Source: Bacillota bacterium
GTDB lineage: Bacteria; Macinerneyibacteriota; Macinerneyibacteria; Macinerneyibacteriales; DSCS01
DNA length: 64,000 nt
Direction of reading: 5' to 3'
Assembly (NCBI GenBank): GCA_011048995.1
Contig: DSCS01000064.1
Span: 7,864-71,863, forward strand
Under the pieces are notes generated by a model, which saw only the letters and a list, made by a program, of their open reading frames with translations, made no database searches and was not told where the DNA came from. Below are positions 54,926 to 63,949 of the stretch, piece by piece. Numbering within the stretch: position 1 is the first letter of the stretch; every line of letters begins with the position of its first letter. Position numbers and translations under genes: made by a program.

Positions 54926-56866
54926 ATGCGTATGTTTTTTTGTGTTATTGTGTTGTTTCTTTTTGTCTCCCGCACACCGGCTGAAGAATACCTGATCACT
55001 GCCAATCGGGTTCCCGAAGACCCGGCGAAATCAACTGCGGACATCACCATCCTGGACACAGAAGAGCTTGATGAAAAACAAAGTGAGGATTTGAATGCCC
55101 TTTTGACCGCCCTTCCACCTTTTTTGGTGGCGGAATACGGGTCATGGGCCGGATCCTCCATCCGTCTGGGAGGCAGCTCGTCAAAAAACCTTTTAATCCT
55201 TCTTGACGGTATTCCCCTGATCAATCCCACGGGCATCGACCGGGGTTTCAGTTTGCCGAATTTTTCCATGAGCGGCATCCGGCGCGTTGAAGTCGTTCGA
55301 GGAGCCAACAGTGCACTGTACGGCTCCAATGCCGTGACGGGAGTCATTAATCTTATGACTTCCACGGAACGCGACAGATCCGGGCTTTCACTGGGATTCA
55401 AAGGAGGGAGCCACGGTTATTACATGGCCGATGCTGAATGGATGAAATCCTACGACAGAGGCTCTTATATCTTGAGTGGAGAATATATGCAGGTGGAAGG
55501 ATACAATATCTCTCCTGCCGGAGATGAAAAAGACGGGGCCCGGAGCCATACTTTATCGGCCTCTGTCAATCATGCCTTGTCAGACAACTTTTCAATGACA
55601 GGCCGCTGCCATTTAGCCTTCTCCTCTTCCGATTATGATGCATGGACCCATCAGGCTGCCGATGCCCCGCTGACTGATGAAAACATCAATTTTTTAGCCG
55701 CTCTGAAAGGAGAGGGAGAATTATTTTCCCGACATCGCAGCTCATTTTCTCTCAGCTTTAACCGGGCCCGTCGCCTTTACGAAGACAACAAAACTGAGAC
55801 GGACCGCTATGAAGGAAATACCTTGAGGCTTTCTTTTCAAGATGATTATGCCGTCACCTCCTCAGTCACCATCACTGCAGGGAGTGACCTTTCCTGGGAA
55901 AGTGCCCGGCAAATCACATCTTATGATTACAATATGGAACGCAGGAGACTTTTCATCCCGGAAGTCTTCACAGGGATCTCTGTTCACATTTCCGAATCTC
56001 TTTCTCTCAACGGAGCTCTTCGATACCTTCACTCTGATACAGGAGACAAAAAAGATACCTTTGTCTACAAGGGAGGCCTGCATTGGGATCTTCCTTTGTC
56101 GCTATGGGACTCCTCGCTGGCGCTCAATTACGGGACTTCTTTTAACCTGCCCACGCTTTTTCAGCTCTACGGGAAAGCCCTGGACTGGATGACATCTTCT
56201 CCCATCACAGTAGGAAATCCCGATCTGAAGCCTGAGAAAGGACAAAACTTGAATATTTTGTGGAAAAACGCTCTCATTGATGATCACGTCTTTTGTGACC
56301 TATTTTGGAGCCGTGAAATATTTGAGGATTATATCGCCATGGACTATTCGGCTAATACCTATGTCAATCATCAAAGCGCCGAGATTGAAAATTTCGAGAT
56401 CCGCCCCACCCTCGTCATTCGCCCGGGGAAATGGGAGCTTTCTCTTTTCAGCCATCTTATCTTCACTCAGGCCACAGACACCACAGACGGATCAAAAAAA
56501 GACTTGCCCATGGTTCCGGAACAAACCTCTCAAATTGGAATCCGCGCCGCGCATAAACCCGTCTCCGTCTCTCTTTACTGGAATAGGACAGGGCAGCGCT
56601 TAGCCGGATATCCTGTCCTGGAGATGCCGGCCTACTCCCTCCTAAACGCGGCAATGACATGGAACGTCTCCTCACAGGTCTCTTTGCAGCTCAAAGGGGA
56701 TAACCTGGCCGATGAAAAATATCGTCAAACCGTTGAACTTGTAGACTCCGGCTACGGACCTGTTCCGACGATTACTGAAGTCAGCGGCTATGTTCATTAC
56801 CCCGGCTATCAGACACCCGGACGATCCTTCCAGGCAGGGATCACATATTTTCTTCCCGTCCGATAA
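54926..56866 (+). CDS. btuB: TonB-dependent outer-membrane receptor, BtuB-like (cobalamin/corrinoid uptake inferred from the riboswitch)
   Basis: Signal peptide, TonB-box-like YLITANRVPE, plug motifs (RVEVVRGANSALYGSNAVTGVINL), and a C-terminal beta-barrel ending in an aromatic residue context. The ATG at 54926 lies 6 nt after GAGGGGG. Confidence 0.88.
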   Translation: MRMFFCVIVLFLFVSRTPAEEYLITANRVPEDPAKSTADITILDTEELDEKQSEDLNALLTALPPFLVAEYGSWAGSSIRLGGSSSKNLLILLDGIPLINPTGIDRGFSLPNFSMSGIRRVEVVRGANSALYGSNAVTGVINLMTSTERDRSGLSLGFKGGSHGYYMADAEWMKSYDRGSYILSGEYMQVEGYNISPAGDEKDGARSHTLSASVNHALSDNFSMTGRCHLAFSSSDYDAWTHQAADAPLTDENINFLAALKGEGELFSRHRSSFSLSFNRARRLYEDNKTETDRYEGNTLRLSFQDDYAVTSSVTITAGSDLSWESARQITSYDYNMERRRLFIPEVFTGISVHISESLSLNGALRYLHSDTGDKKDTFVYKGGLHWDLPLSLWDSSLALNYGTSFNLPTLFQLYGKALDWMTSSPITVGNPDLKPEKGQNLNILWKNALIDDHVFCDLFWSREIFEDYIAMDYSANTYVNHQSAEIENFEIRPTLVIRPGKWELSLFSHLIFTQATDTTDGSKKDLPMVPEQTSQIGIRAAHKPVSVSLYWNRTGQRLAGYPVLEMPAYSLLNAAMTWNVSSQVSLQLKGDNLADEKYRQTVELVDSGYGPVPTITEVSGYVHYPGYQTPGRSFQAGITYFLPVR

Positions 56867-56870
56867 TCCA

Positions 56871-56893
56871 AGGGGGCTCGACAGCCCCCTTTT
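56871..56893 (+). terminator. Rho-independent terminator of the receptor gene
   Basis: AGGGGGCT-CGAC-AGCCCCCT followed by TTTT. Confidence 0.75.
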
Positions 56894-56934
56894 CTCCCTC
56901 TTTACTTTCACCCGCCCTGTGATAAGATAAAACA

Positions 56935-58098
56935 ATGAAACCCTTTGACTCTGTCATCGTAACAGGCCTTTCACCCAAAGGTTTTTTCACCGGCACAGGC
57001 CAAACAGGACGTGAGTTTTACTGCCTTTATACGGATATCGGCGAAACTGTCTCAGGAGAGGCTTTTCGTAAAAACCGCAAAAATTATCTAAGGGCTGATG
57101 AAATCGAGAAAGCGCCCTCTCCTTTCCGTATTCTGCCTCCATGCCCCTATTTCACTCAATGCGGAGGCTGTGACCTTCAACACCTTTCAATAGTCCGTGA
57201 AGAGGAGCTGAAGACAGAGATCGCTTCCGCCCTTCTTAAGAGACCCCCTGAACGCCTGATATCCTCTCCTTTGACTTACGGATACCGCAACAACATGGAA
57301 TTCACCTATACATCGGATGCTGTGGGCCTTCATCGAAAATTATCGCGCAGGCTTTTGGATATTCCACAATGTTCGTTGGCTGAGGCCTCTATTAATGAGG
57401 CCTTAGCATCCTTTCGAAGCCGATCCCCCGAAGGAGAGGGGGAAATTCGTTTCATATCCACAGATCACGGAGTCTTGGAGCGCATCTATCCTAAATATCA
57501 GTCAAAAGAAACAGATATCGAACAACTGATCTACGGGACAAAGACTGTAGACGATATCATTTACCACGTTTCTCCCGACACCTTTTTTCAGTCCAATGAT
57601 TCTATTCTCCCTTTGTGGCTGAACACTCTTTTAGAATGGTCTCGGGAGGTCGCTTCTCCTGCAGATTCATGTCTAGACCTTTATTGCGGATCGGGGACCA
57701 TCACATTAAAACTGGCCTCTTTTTTCAGCCGGGTAACGGGAATAGAAGGAAATCCTCTTTCGCTGTTTCTTTTTGAAAAGAGCCGGAAAGCCAACGGCTT
57801 GACTTGGAGAGAGATCCATTTCATTCAGGGAGACCTCTTCACCCATGACCTGAAAAGGGTATCCGGGGACCTTCTTGTCGTCAATCCCCCACGCGGGGGG
57901 CTTTCCGCCCTGGTCAAGTCTTTTATCCGCGAAAAGAATTTCCCTTACATTCTTTACAGCTCCTGTAATGTTCAGACTTTTGCCCGTGATCTCGCTGAGC
58001 TGCCTTCTTACCGACTTGAAAAATATCTTATTCTGAATATGTTTCCCCGGACATTCCACTTTGAAATTGTTGGACGTTTAAAATTGAAGGAGGATTAA
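56935..58098 (+). CDS. RumA/RlmD/TrmA-family [4Fe-4S] RNA (uracil-C5)-methyltransferase
   Basis: Cys cluster CPYFTQCGGCDLQH plus a distal Cys. SAM motif DLYCGSGTI. C-terminal NPPR.G and SCN motifs. Confidence 0.85.
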   Translation: MKPFDSVIVTGLSPKGFFTGTGQTGREFYCLYTDIGETVSGEAFRKNRKNYLRADEIEKAPSPFRILPPCPYFTQCGGCDLQHLSIVREEELKTEIASALLKRPPERLISSPLTYGYRNNMEFTYTSDAVGLHRKLSRRLLDIPQCSLAEASINEALASFRSRSPEGEGEIRFISTDHGVLERIYPKYQSKETDIEQLIYGTKTVDDIIYHVSPDTFFQSNDSILPLWLNTLLEWSREVASPADSCLDLYCGSGTITLKLASFFSRVTGIEGNPLSLFLFEKSRKANGLTWREIHFIQGDLFTHDLKRVSGDLLVVNPPRGGLSALVKSFIREKNFPYILYSSCNVQTFARDLAELPSYRLEKYLILNMFPRTFHFEIVGRLKLKED

Positions 58099-58100
58099 GC

Positions 58101-58574
58101 GTGGTCGAAAAAACATTTATCATGGTGAAGCCTGACGGGCTTCAGAGAGCTCTTGTAGGTGACGTGATCACCCGCTTTGAGACCAAAGGCCTGAAACTCG
58201 TTGCCTTAAAACTTCTGCTTTTGGACAAACCCACGGCTGAACACCACTATTCTGTACATGCCCAAAAAGAATTTTATAAAGATCTTATCGAATTCATCAC
58301 TTCAGGGCCTGTGGTCGCCATGGTCTGGGAAGCCGATAATGCCGTTTACATCGGGCGCAAGCTCACCGGGCCGACGACACCCAACGAAGCCCCTCCCGGG
58401 ACCATTCGCGGTGATTATTGCCTGAATACTCAATTCAACGTGATTCACGCATCAGACACAGTGAAAAACGCCCAAAGGGAGATCGATATATTCTTTCGGC
58501 CCGAAGAGATCCTCCATTATGATAAAAGCATCCGACATTGGCTGGGATTAGACGGTTTGGAGCCGGCCCGTTAG
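58101..58574 (+). CDS. ndk: Nucleoside diphosphate kinase
   Basis: EKTFIMVKPDG, GP.VAMVWE, TIRGD....N..HASD (active-site His). GTG start. Confidence 0.95.
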   Translation: MVEKTFIMVKPDGLQRALVGDVITRFETKGLKLVALKLLLLDKPTAEHHYSVHAQKEFYKDLIEFITSGPVVAMVWEADNAVYIGRKLTGPTTPNEAPPGTIRGDYCLNTQFNVIHASDTVKNAQREIDIFFRPEEILHYDKSIRHWLGLDGLEPAR

Positions 58575-58581
58575 GGCCGGC
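58562..58581. terminator. GC-rich stem-loop between convergent ndk and the OMP gene (no U-tract)
   Basis: GCCGGCCC-GTTA-GGGCCGGC, overlapping the ndk stop codon. Confidence 0.4.
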
Positions 58582-58593
58582 AAACCGCATTCA

Positions 58594-59223
58594 CTAAAAC
58601 ATCAACAGATTGATTCCGGCGCGGAACATCAACCCCGAAGAGTTCAATGTGGTATAGTATCCGCCCTCTTCGTCTTTATTGAATTTTGCTCCGTTATAAA
58701 GTATTTCTCCAATGAGGCTGGATCGGGACCCGATGCGATAAAGGATTCCGCCGCCTGCCTGCCAGACTAAACCTGTATAGGTCAACGATTCTTTCTGAGC
58801 GTCTCCTCCGCCGTCTGCCATATCCGTAAAGGAGATATGCGTATACCCCACCCCCAAACCGGCAGTGATGAAAGGCTTGATCGACGAATAATGGTCCAGA
58901 GGTACAGCTATTCTGATTTTCGCTGTCAAAGGCAAATGAAAGCCCTTCCATTGGCTCAAATAGCGTCCGGTCTCCAAATTGACGCCCACACTTTCGGTGT
59001 CACCCAGGTCTTCTTTGTTGTCTATGGTTTTCCAATAAAGATCCGCTCCGAAAAGCAACGCCACGTTCTCATCAACGGCATATCCGTATTCCATCCCCCA
59101 GATAACACCGGCTTTAAGATCCGCCGGCGCATAAAGACCCGCTTTGAAAGTGAGATTTTTACTGGCAGAAACTGAAAGGACTCCCGAAAAAAGAAGAATT
59201 AAAAATAAGCTTAACCGTTTCAT
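58594..59223 (-). CDS. Small outer-membrane beta-barrel protein (OmpW/OMP_b-brl-like)
   Basis: Signal peptide MKRLSLFLILLFSGVLSVSA, alternating amphipathic strands, C-terminal ...GINLLMF (terminal Phe). Confidence 0.7.
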   Translation of the reverse strand: MKRLSLFLILLFSGVLSVSASKNLTFKAGLYAPADLKAGVIWGMEYGYAVDENVALLFGADLYWKTIDNKEDLGDTESVGVNLETGRYLSQWKGFHLPLTAKIRIAVPLDHYSSIKPFITAGLGVGYTHISFTDMADGGGDAQKESLTYTGLVWQAGGGILYRIGSRSSLIGEILYNGAKFNKDEEGGYYTTLNSSGLMFRAGINLLMF

Positions 59224-59282
59224 TGTTTCCTCCTTGTCTTTCTAACAGAGTATAACGATGATTTTTTGAATCGGCAAGCCGG

Positions 59283-59444
59283 TTACTCTCTTTTCTCTTC
59301 TTCGGGTTCCCGATTCTTAAATGCACATCCGCGGGCGAAGGAGCATCCTTCACAGGAAGCACAACGCCCTTTTCTCCGCCTTATCATCATGTAAAGAAGG
59401 ACTCCCGCCATGAGTCCTGTGCCGGCAATGAGCAGATCGGTCAT
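59283..59444 (-). CDS. FeoB-associated Cys-rich small membrane protein (53 aa)
   Basis: Below the ORF-track size cutoff. The ATG overlaps the feoB stop (ATGA). Translation: MTDLLIAGTGLMAGVLLYMMIRRRKGRCASCEGCSFARGCAFKNREPEEEKRE, i.e. one TM helix plus CxxCxxC....C. Confidence 0.7.
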   Translation of the reverse strand: MTDLLIAGTGLMAGVLLYMMIRRRKGRCASCEGCSFARGCAFKNREPEEEKRE

Positions 59445-61609
59445 AAAACACCCCATCCCAAAAGCAGCCCCCCCTGATAGACAAGAAGAGAGACGATCCA
59501 GGGGACAAACAAGGTTAAGAGGAGAACATAAAAGAGCATTTTCCAGCCGAATTCATGTTTTACGGCTGCTAAGACAGCCACACAGGGGACAAAAAGGAGT
59601 ATAAAAACCATATAGGAAAGAGCAGAAAGAGGCGTGAAATCATTTTGAATGCGCTCCGTCAGACCGGTTTCTTCCTCTTCGGGCATCTCAAACGCTCCAA
59701 GGGCGTGAATTCCGAAAATCCCTTTAACAGAATCTACAGCGGCACGGCCGAATCCGACAGCCTCATCAGCAAAATCACGAAGGGGAGCCAAGGCCTTTTC
59801 TTCTTCTTCCTCTTTTTCTTCTGTTGTGGCATGATACATCTGGCCCAAGGCGCCTACGACAACCTCCTTAGCCACAATACCGGGAATCAAGGCTGCAACG
59901 GGTTCGACACGGGCAAAACCGTTAAGCTTAAAAGCCGGCGTTATCAATCGGGCTCCCCGCCCTAATACTGTCTCTTCGGCAGGGGTTCCGTAAGGCAGAT
60001 TCATCATCACCCACAGAATAACCATCGTCACCAAAATCAGAGTCCCCGCTTTTCGGACGAAGGACTTGGTCCGTAAATAGATAGAATTCCATATCATCTT
60101 CCCTGTCGGAATGCGATATGGGGGAAGCTCCATGATCAGCGGAGCTTCCTGGCCCCGAACAAAGAAAATTTTATAAATAAGGCCTATCACCATAGCGATG
60201 ACAATGCCCCCGGCATAGAGGCCAAAGATCACCGTGGTCGCCGTTTCCTTGAAAAAAACAGCTGTAAAGAGGGCATAAACAGGCAAACGGGCCGCGCATG
60301 ACATAAAGGGGGTCATCAAAGCTGTCAGTTTCCGCTCTCTTTCGCTTTCCAAAGTCCGGGAAGCATAGATGGCAGGAACATTACATCCAAACCCGATGAG
60401 GAGCGGAACAAAAGCTTTTCCCGGCAAACCCACAGAACGCATCACCCGGTCCATGACAAAAGCCGCCCGTGCCATGTACCCGCTCTCTTCCAAAAGCCCT
60501 AAAAAGAAGTAGAGAAAAGCCATAAGCGGAACAAAGGATAAAACGGCTCCGACACCGCCGACGATACCGTCTCCTACGAGCGACCGCAGCCAATCTGCGG
60601 CACCCAATGCACCCATCCCGGCGTCGATATAGCGCCCCACAAAAGATGTCAGGAAAGAATCGGCCCAATCAATGAACGGCGCGCTGCCCTCGAAGGTAAA
60701 GCGAAACATCACATACATCATCAAAAAGAAAAGCGGGATCCCTAAAAAAGTGTTGAGAACCACGGAGTCGATGAGGTCTGTCCATTGACGTCTTATTTTT
60801 CCGGTCTGTTTATAACAGGAATGAAGCAGCCCCTTGATATATCCGGATCTGATATCCGAGATGACATCAGGCACGCTTTGTTTATGATAGTTGCGGATCG
60901 CCGCCCTGAGAGGCTCAAAACTGTCTTCAATCTGACAGCGTTTCAGCCGCTCAAGGGTCTCCGTATCACCTTCCAGAGCCTTCACACTCATCCAATGCAG
61001 CGGATAGCGCCCCTTCAGCCCGCAGGCCTCCAGGACACGCGAAGCCTCTTTGACTTTTTCTTCCACCATGGTATCTGTCATGTGTTTATACACGGGAATT
61101 CGCGGAATATAAGGGTTCTCGGCAAGTCTGACGGTTTCACGAATGAGCTCATCCACCCCATCACCGGAGCGCGCCACGGTCTTTACAGCCGGCAGGCCGA
61201 TCTCTTTGGAAAAAAGGCTGACATTGAACTCTCCCCCTAAATGGGTGAACTCGTCCCACATATTCAGAGCCAGCACCATGGGAATCCCCAACTCCATCAT
61301 CTGAAGGGTAAGAGAAAGATTTCTTTCCACATTGGTCATATCGATGACATTGATGATCAAATCGGGCCGTTCTTCCAGCAAGAAGTCACGGGCCACCTTT
61401 TCTTCAAGCGAATAGGGCGTTAAAGCATAGATTCCGGGAATATCCACTCCTCGGAAACGCTTCCCCTCCCGGGTAAAGACAGCCTCTTTTTTTTCAACTG
61501 TCACTCCCGGCCAATTCCCCACCTGAAGAGAACTCCCGGAGATGGTGTTCATCAGTGCAGTCTTCCCGACATTGGGGTTCCCTGCAAAAGCAATGACAAA
61601 ATCTTTCAT
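59441..61609 (-). CDS. feoB: Ferrous iron transporter FeoB
   Basis: N-terminal G-domain GNPNVGKT, DIPG and NMWD, followed by a polytopic membrane domain with gate motifs. Confidence 0.96.
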   Translation of the reverse strand: MKDFVIAFAGNPNVGKTALMNTISGSSLQVGNWPGVTVEKKEAVFTREGKRFRGVDIPGIYALTPYSLEEKVARDFLLEERPDLIINVIDMTNVERNLSLTLQMMELGIPMVLALNMWDEFTHLGGEFNVSLFSKEIGLPAVKTVARSGDGVDELIRETVRLAENPYIPRIPVYKHMTDTMVEEKVKEASRVLEACGLKGRYPLHWMSVKALEGDTETLERLKRCQIEDSFEPLRAAIRNYHKQSVPDVISDIRSGYIKGLLHSCYKQTGKIRRQWTDLIDSVVLNTFLGIPLFFLMMYVMFRFTFEGSAPFIDWADSFLTSFVGRYIDAGMGALGAADWLRSLVGDGIVGGVGAVLSFVPLMAFLYFFLGLLEESGYMARAAFVMDRVMRSVGLPGKAFVPLLIGFGCNVPAIYASRTLESERERKLTALMTPFMSCAARLPVYALFTAVFFKETATTVIFGLYAGGIVIAMVIGLIYKIFFVRGQEAPLIMELPPYRIPTGKMIWNSIYLRTKSFVRKAGTLILVTMVILWVMMNLPYGTPAEETVLGRGARLITPAFKLNGFARVEPVAALIPGIVAKEVVVGALGQMYHATTEEKEEEEEKALAPLRDFADEAVGFGRAAVDSVKGIFGIHALGAFEMPEEEETGLTERIQNDFTPLSALSYMVFILLFVPCVAVLAAVKHEFGWKMLFYVLLLTLFVPWIVSLLVYQGGLLLGWGVL

Positions 61610-61626
61610 GATGACTCCCTGAAAAC

Positions 61627-61872
61627 TCAGACAAGACGACAGATAATCTTCATCGCCTGTTTATAGCCTAATCCAATGCGGCAATTATCCACTTTGACAA
61701 GAAGGGGGCCCGGGCCGCTTTTGAGAATTTCAATTGTTTTACCCCGGGACAATCCTAATGCTTGGAGCCTGTAGATGAATTGACAGCCCCCTTGGATTTC
61801 TTCGATCATCAACCGGTTTCCCTTTTGAAATTGAGATAAAGGGGCCATGCTCTCGCCTTTCTTTTCTCCCAT
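61627..61872 (-). CDS. feoA: FeoA family protein
   Basis: 81 aa SH3-like protein. L..L..G........I.....RL..LG...G..I. The AAGGAG RBS lies 6 nt upstream of the ATG at 61872. Confidence 0.85.
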   Translation of the reverse strand: MGEKKGESMAPLSQFQKGNRLMIEEIQGGCQFIYRLQALGLSRGKTIEILKSGPGPLLVKVDNCRIGLGYKQAMKIICRLV

Positions 61873-61967
61873 AGGGTGCTCCTTAAATTATCCAAAGCTA
61901 ACTTTATGAGTCAAGAATAACACGGCTTCTCCCGTTGTCAAGAAGAATGTTAGAAAAACAGGCCTCT

Positions 61968-62783
61968 TTAAAAAATATCTTCAGGAATTCCGCCGTAAAC
62001 GTCATCTGCCGGAATTTGAAGCAATGTCCCTTTCCCGTTCTCTTTCAAGTCTATTCCTGCCTGCTTTAAAAGCTGATACAGCTGAGCAGCGGCCTTGTCA
62101 TCATCGGTGATACCGAAATAGACTTTATTATACCGTCCCCGTGATTTTCCGAAACCCATGGCCGTAAAATAAGAGATCAACCCCAGGCTGCCGCTCAGGT
62201 TGCGTCCCTGTAATTCCGTTACCAGTCCGACACCGATCTCTGCAAAAAAAGATGAGATCTTGGCTTCCTCAATATCCTCGTTCAGGCTCAGAAGGACAAA
62301 GAACTTTTTATCTTTGTTGTTTTCGACATTGATATGAAGAGAATATTTTTTTACGGCATGTATGATGTCCTCTTTGATCTCAGAGCGCTTTATTTCATCT
62401 AAGAATGCCGTATTGCTCACAAGACGGGAAATCGAGGCCAAAAGCTTCAGATAATTTTGATCTCCTTCGGGCACACCGATATAAAAGACGATTTGAGCCA
62501 TTTTCCCTTTGGCCCCGTCATAAGGGATTCCGTCAGTATCATAGGCGACAAGGACAAAAAGCGATTTCACGAACGGGCCGCGGGCATGAGGCAAAACGAT
62601 ATGGGGTTTCAGCTCTACAACCCCTTCAGCTTCTTTTGAGCGTACGCTGTCGTTCATCTCCTCGACAGAAGTGATCCACCCTTCATCCAGGGCCTTGCGG
62701 GCCATAAGTTTAAAAAGAGCCTCTTTGTTCTCCGTTTTTGGCCCGAAAAAAACCTTTGAAACATCCAATAACCTCTGGAGCAT
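61968..62783 (-). CDS. PTS EIIA(Ntr)-type (PTS_EIIA_2) domain protein with an extra ~120-aa C-terminal domain of unknown function
   Basis: aa 1-150 show an EIIA-2 pattern with candidate phospho-His in HIVLPHARG. aa 155-271 are unassigned. It lies 12 nt downstream of the CPA2 antiporter gene. Confidence 0.6.
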   Translation of the reverse strand: MLQRLLDVSKVFFGPKTENKEALFKLMARKALDEGWITSVEEMNDSVRSKEAEGVVELKPHIVLPHARGPFVKSLFVLVAYDTDGIPYDGAKGKMAQIVFYIGVPEGDQNYLKLLASISRLVSNTAFLDEIKRSEIKEDIIHAVKKYSLHINVENNKDKKFFVLLSLNEDIEEAKISSFFAEIGVGLVTELQGRNLSGSLGLISYFTAMGFGKSRGRYNKVYFGITDDDKAAAQLYQLLKQAGIDLKENGKGTLLQIPADDVYGGIPEDIF

Positions 62784-62794
62784 ATGATCCTCCT

Positions 62795-63949
62795 TTAATC
62801 CCTAAACAGAAATTTTAACAAAAACGGTGTAATCACAGCGGTCACAGCGACCATAATCACAACAGCGCTAAAATGGGACTCAGTGAAGTGAGCACCTTTC
62901 ATCTGAGTAGCAACGAGAGATGCCATAACCAGGGCCACCTCCCCACGGGGTATCATACCCGCCCCGATAGAAAGAGAGCGGCGCCAGCCGAATCCGACAC
63001 CCTTCGCCGCCAGCCCCGATCCCAGAAGCTTTCCCCCGACAGCAGCCAATAAGATGATAATAGTGAAAAGAATATTAAGATTGGCGACTTTCAGGTTCGT
63101 CTCTACTCCGATAAAAATAAAGAAAAGTGAAATAAAGACCGTATGTCCCACCATTGAGACTCCTTCTGTAATACGATGACGAAAAGGTGTCTGCCCCATA
63201 AAGAGTCCTGCTAAGTAGGCCCCCGTTATTGCTGCGATCTCAGCCTTTTGAGCCGCCCAGGCAAAGCAGAAAAGCAACGCTAAAGCGATGGACACCACCG
63301 GCCGTTCAGCTTTCATTTTACTGGCGAAATTTAAAATCCCCGGAAAGAGAAAAATCCCAAAGAGAGCCGCTCCGATAATATAGAGAAAAATAATGACAAC
63401 CGAAGAAAAAACACCGCCTTCTGATGCTCCCGAAAAACCAAACAAAAAAGTCAGCATCAAAATGCCCAGGATATCATCGATGATAGCTGCCCCGAGAATA
63501 ATATTTCCTTCAACGGTCTTGAGTTTTTTCATATCCATCAGGGTCATCACGGTGATGGAGACCGACGTAGCCGTTAAAATGACTCCCATGATCAAAGAAG
63601 TCATAACAGAGTGATAAAAGAGATAGGTCACTCCGACCCCAAGCCCCAGGGGGACGAACACCCCGGCCAAAGCGACAGTAAAGGCATTTTTCCCTACTTT
63701 TCTCATCTGCAAAAGATCCGTTTCAAGCCCGGCCATGAAAAGGAGTATCGTCACGCCGATATCCGCAAAAAACTTGAGTTTATCATAATCGGCTGTTTCA
63801 GGAGCGATAAAAGAAAAGCCGCTGGGCCCGAGAATAAGTCCGATAATAATCATCCCTAAAACAGGAGGAAGATTGATCTTATAAAAAAAGTCTGTCAGCA
63901 GTTTTGAGAAAAAAATAAAAATTGCCAGAAGGATCAATGCATTACTCAC
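62795..63949 (-). CDS. Cation:proton antiporter, CPA2 / Na+/H+ exchanger family (membrane domain only)
   Basis: 384 aa, ~12 TM. N-terminal LPPVLGMIIIGLILGPSGF, FFADIGVTILLFMAGLE and IPRGEVAL motifs. GTG start. Confidence 0.85.
   Translation of the reverse strand: MSNALILLAIFIFFSKLLTDFFYKINLPPVLGMIIIGLILGPSGFSFIAPETADYDKLKFFADIGVTILLFMAGLETDLLQMRKVGKNAFTVALAGVFVPLGLGVGVTYLFYHSVMTSLIMGVILTATSVSITVMTLMDMKKLKTVEGNIILGAAIIDDILGILMLTFLFGFSGASEGGVFSSVVIIFLYIIGAALFGIFLFPGILNFASKMKAERPVVSIALALLFCFAWAAQKAEIAAITGAYLAGLFMGQTPFRHRITEGVSMVGHTVFISLFFIFIGVETNLKVANLNILFTIIILLAAVGGKLLGSGLAAKGVGFGWRRSLSIGAGMIPRGEVALVMASLVATQMKGAHFTESHFSAVVIMVAVTAVITPFLLKFLFRD

Noticed and set aside
54754-55401. 215-aa minus-strand ORF spanning the riboswitch and the receptor N-terminus
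   Set aside because: It overlaps a well-supported cobalamin riboswitch and the TonB-box/plug region of the receptor on the other strand. Its product is Arg/Ser/Pro-rich with no start context.
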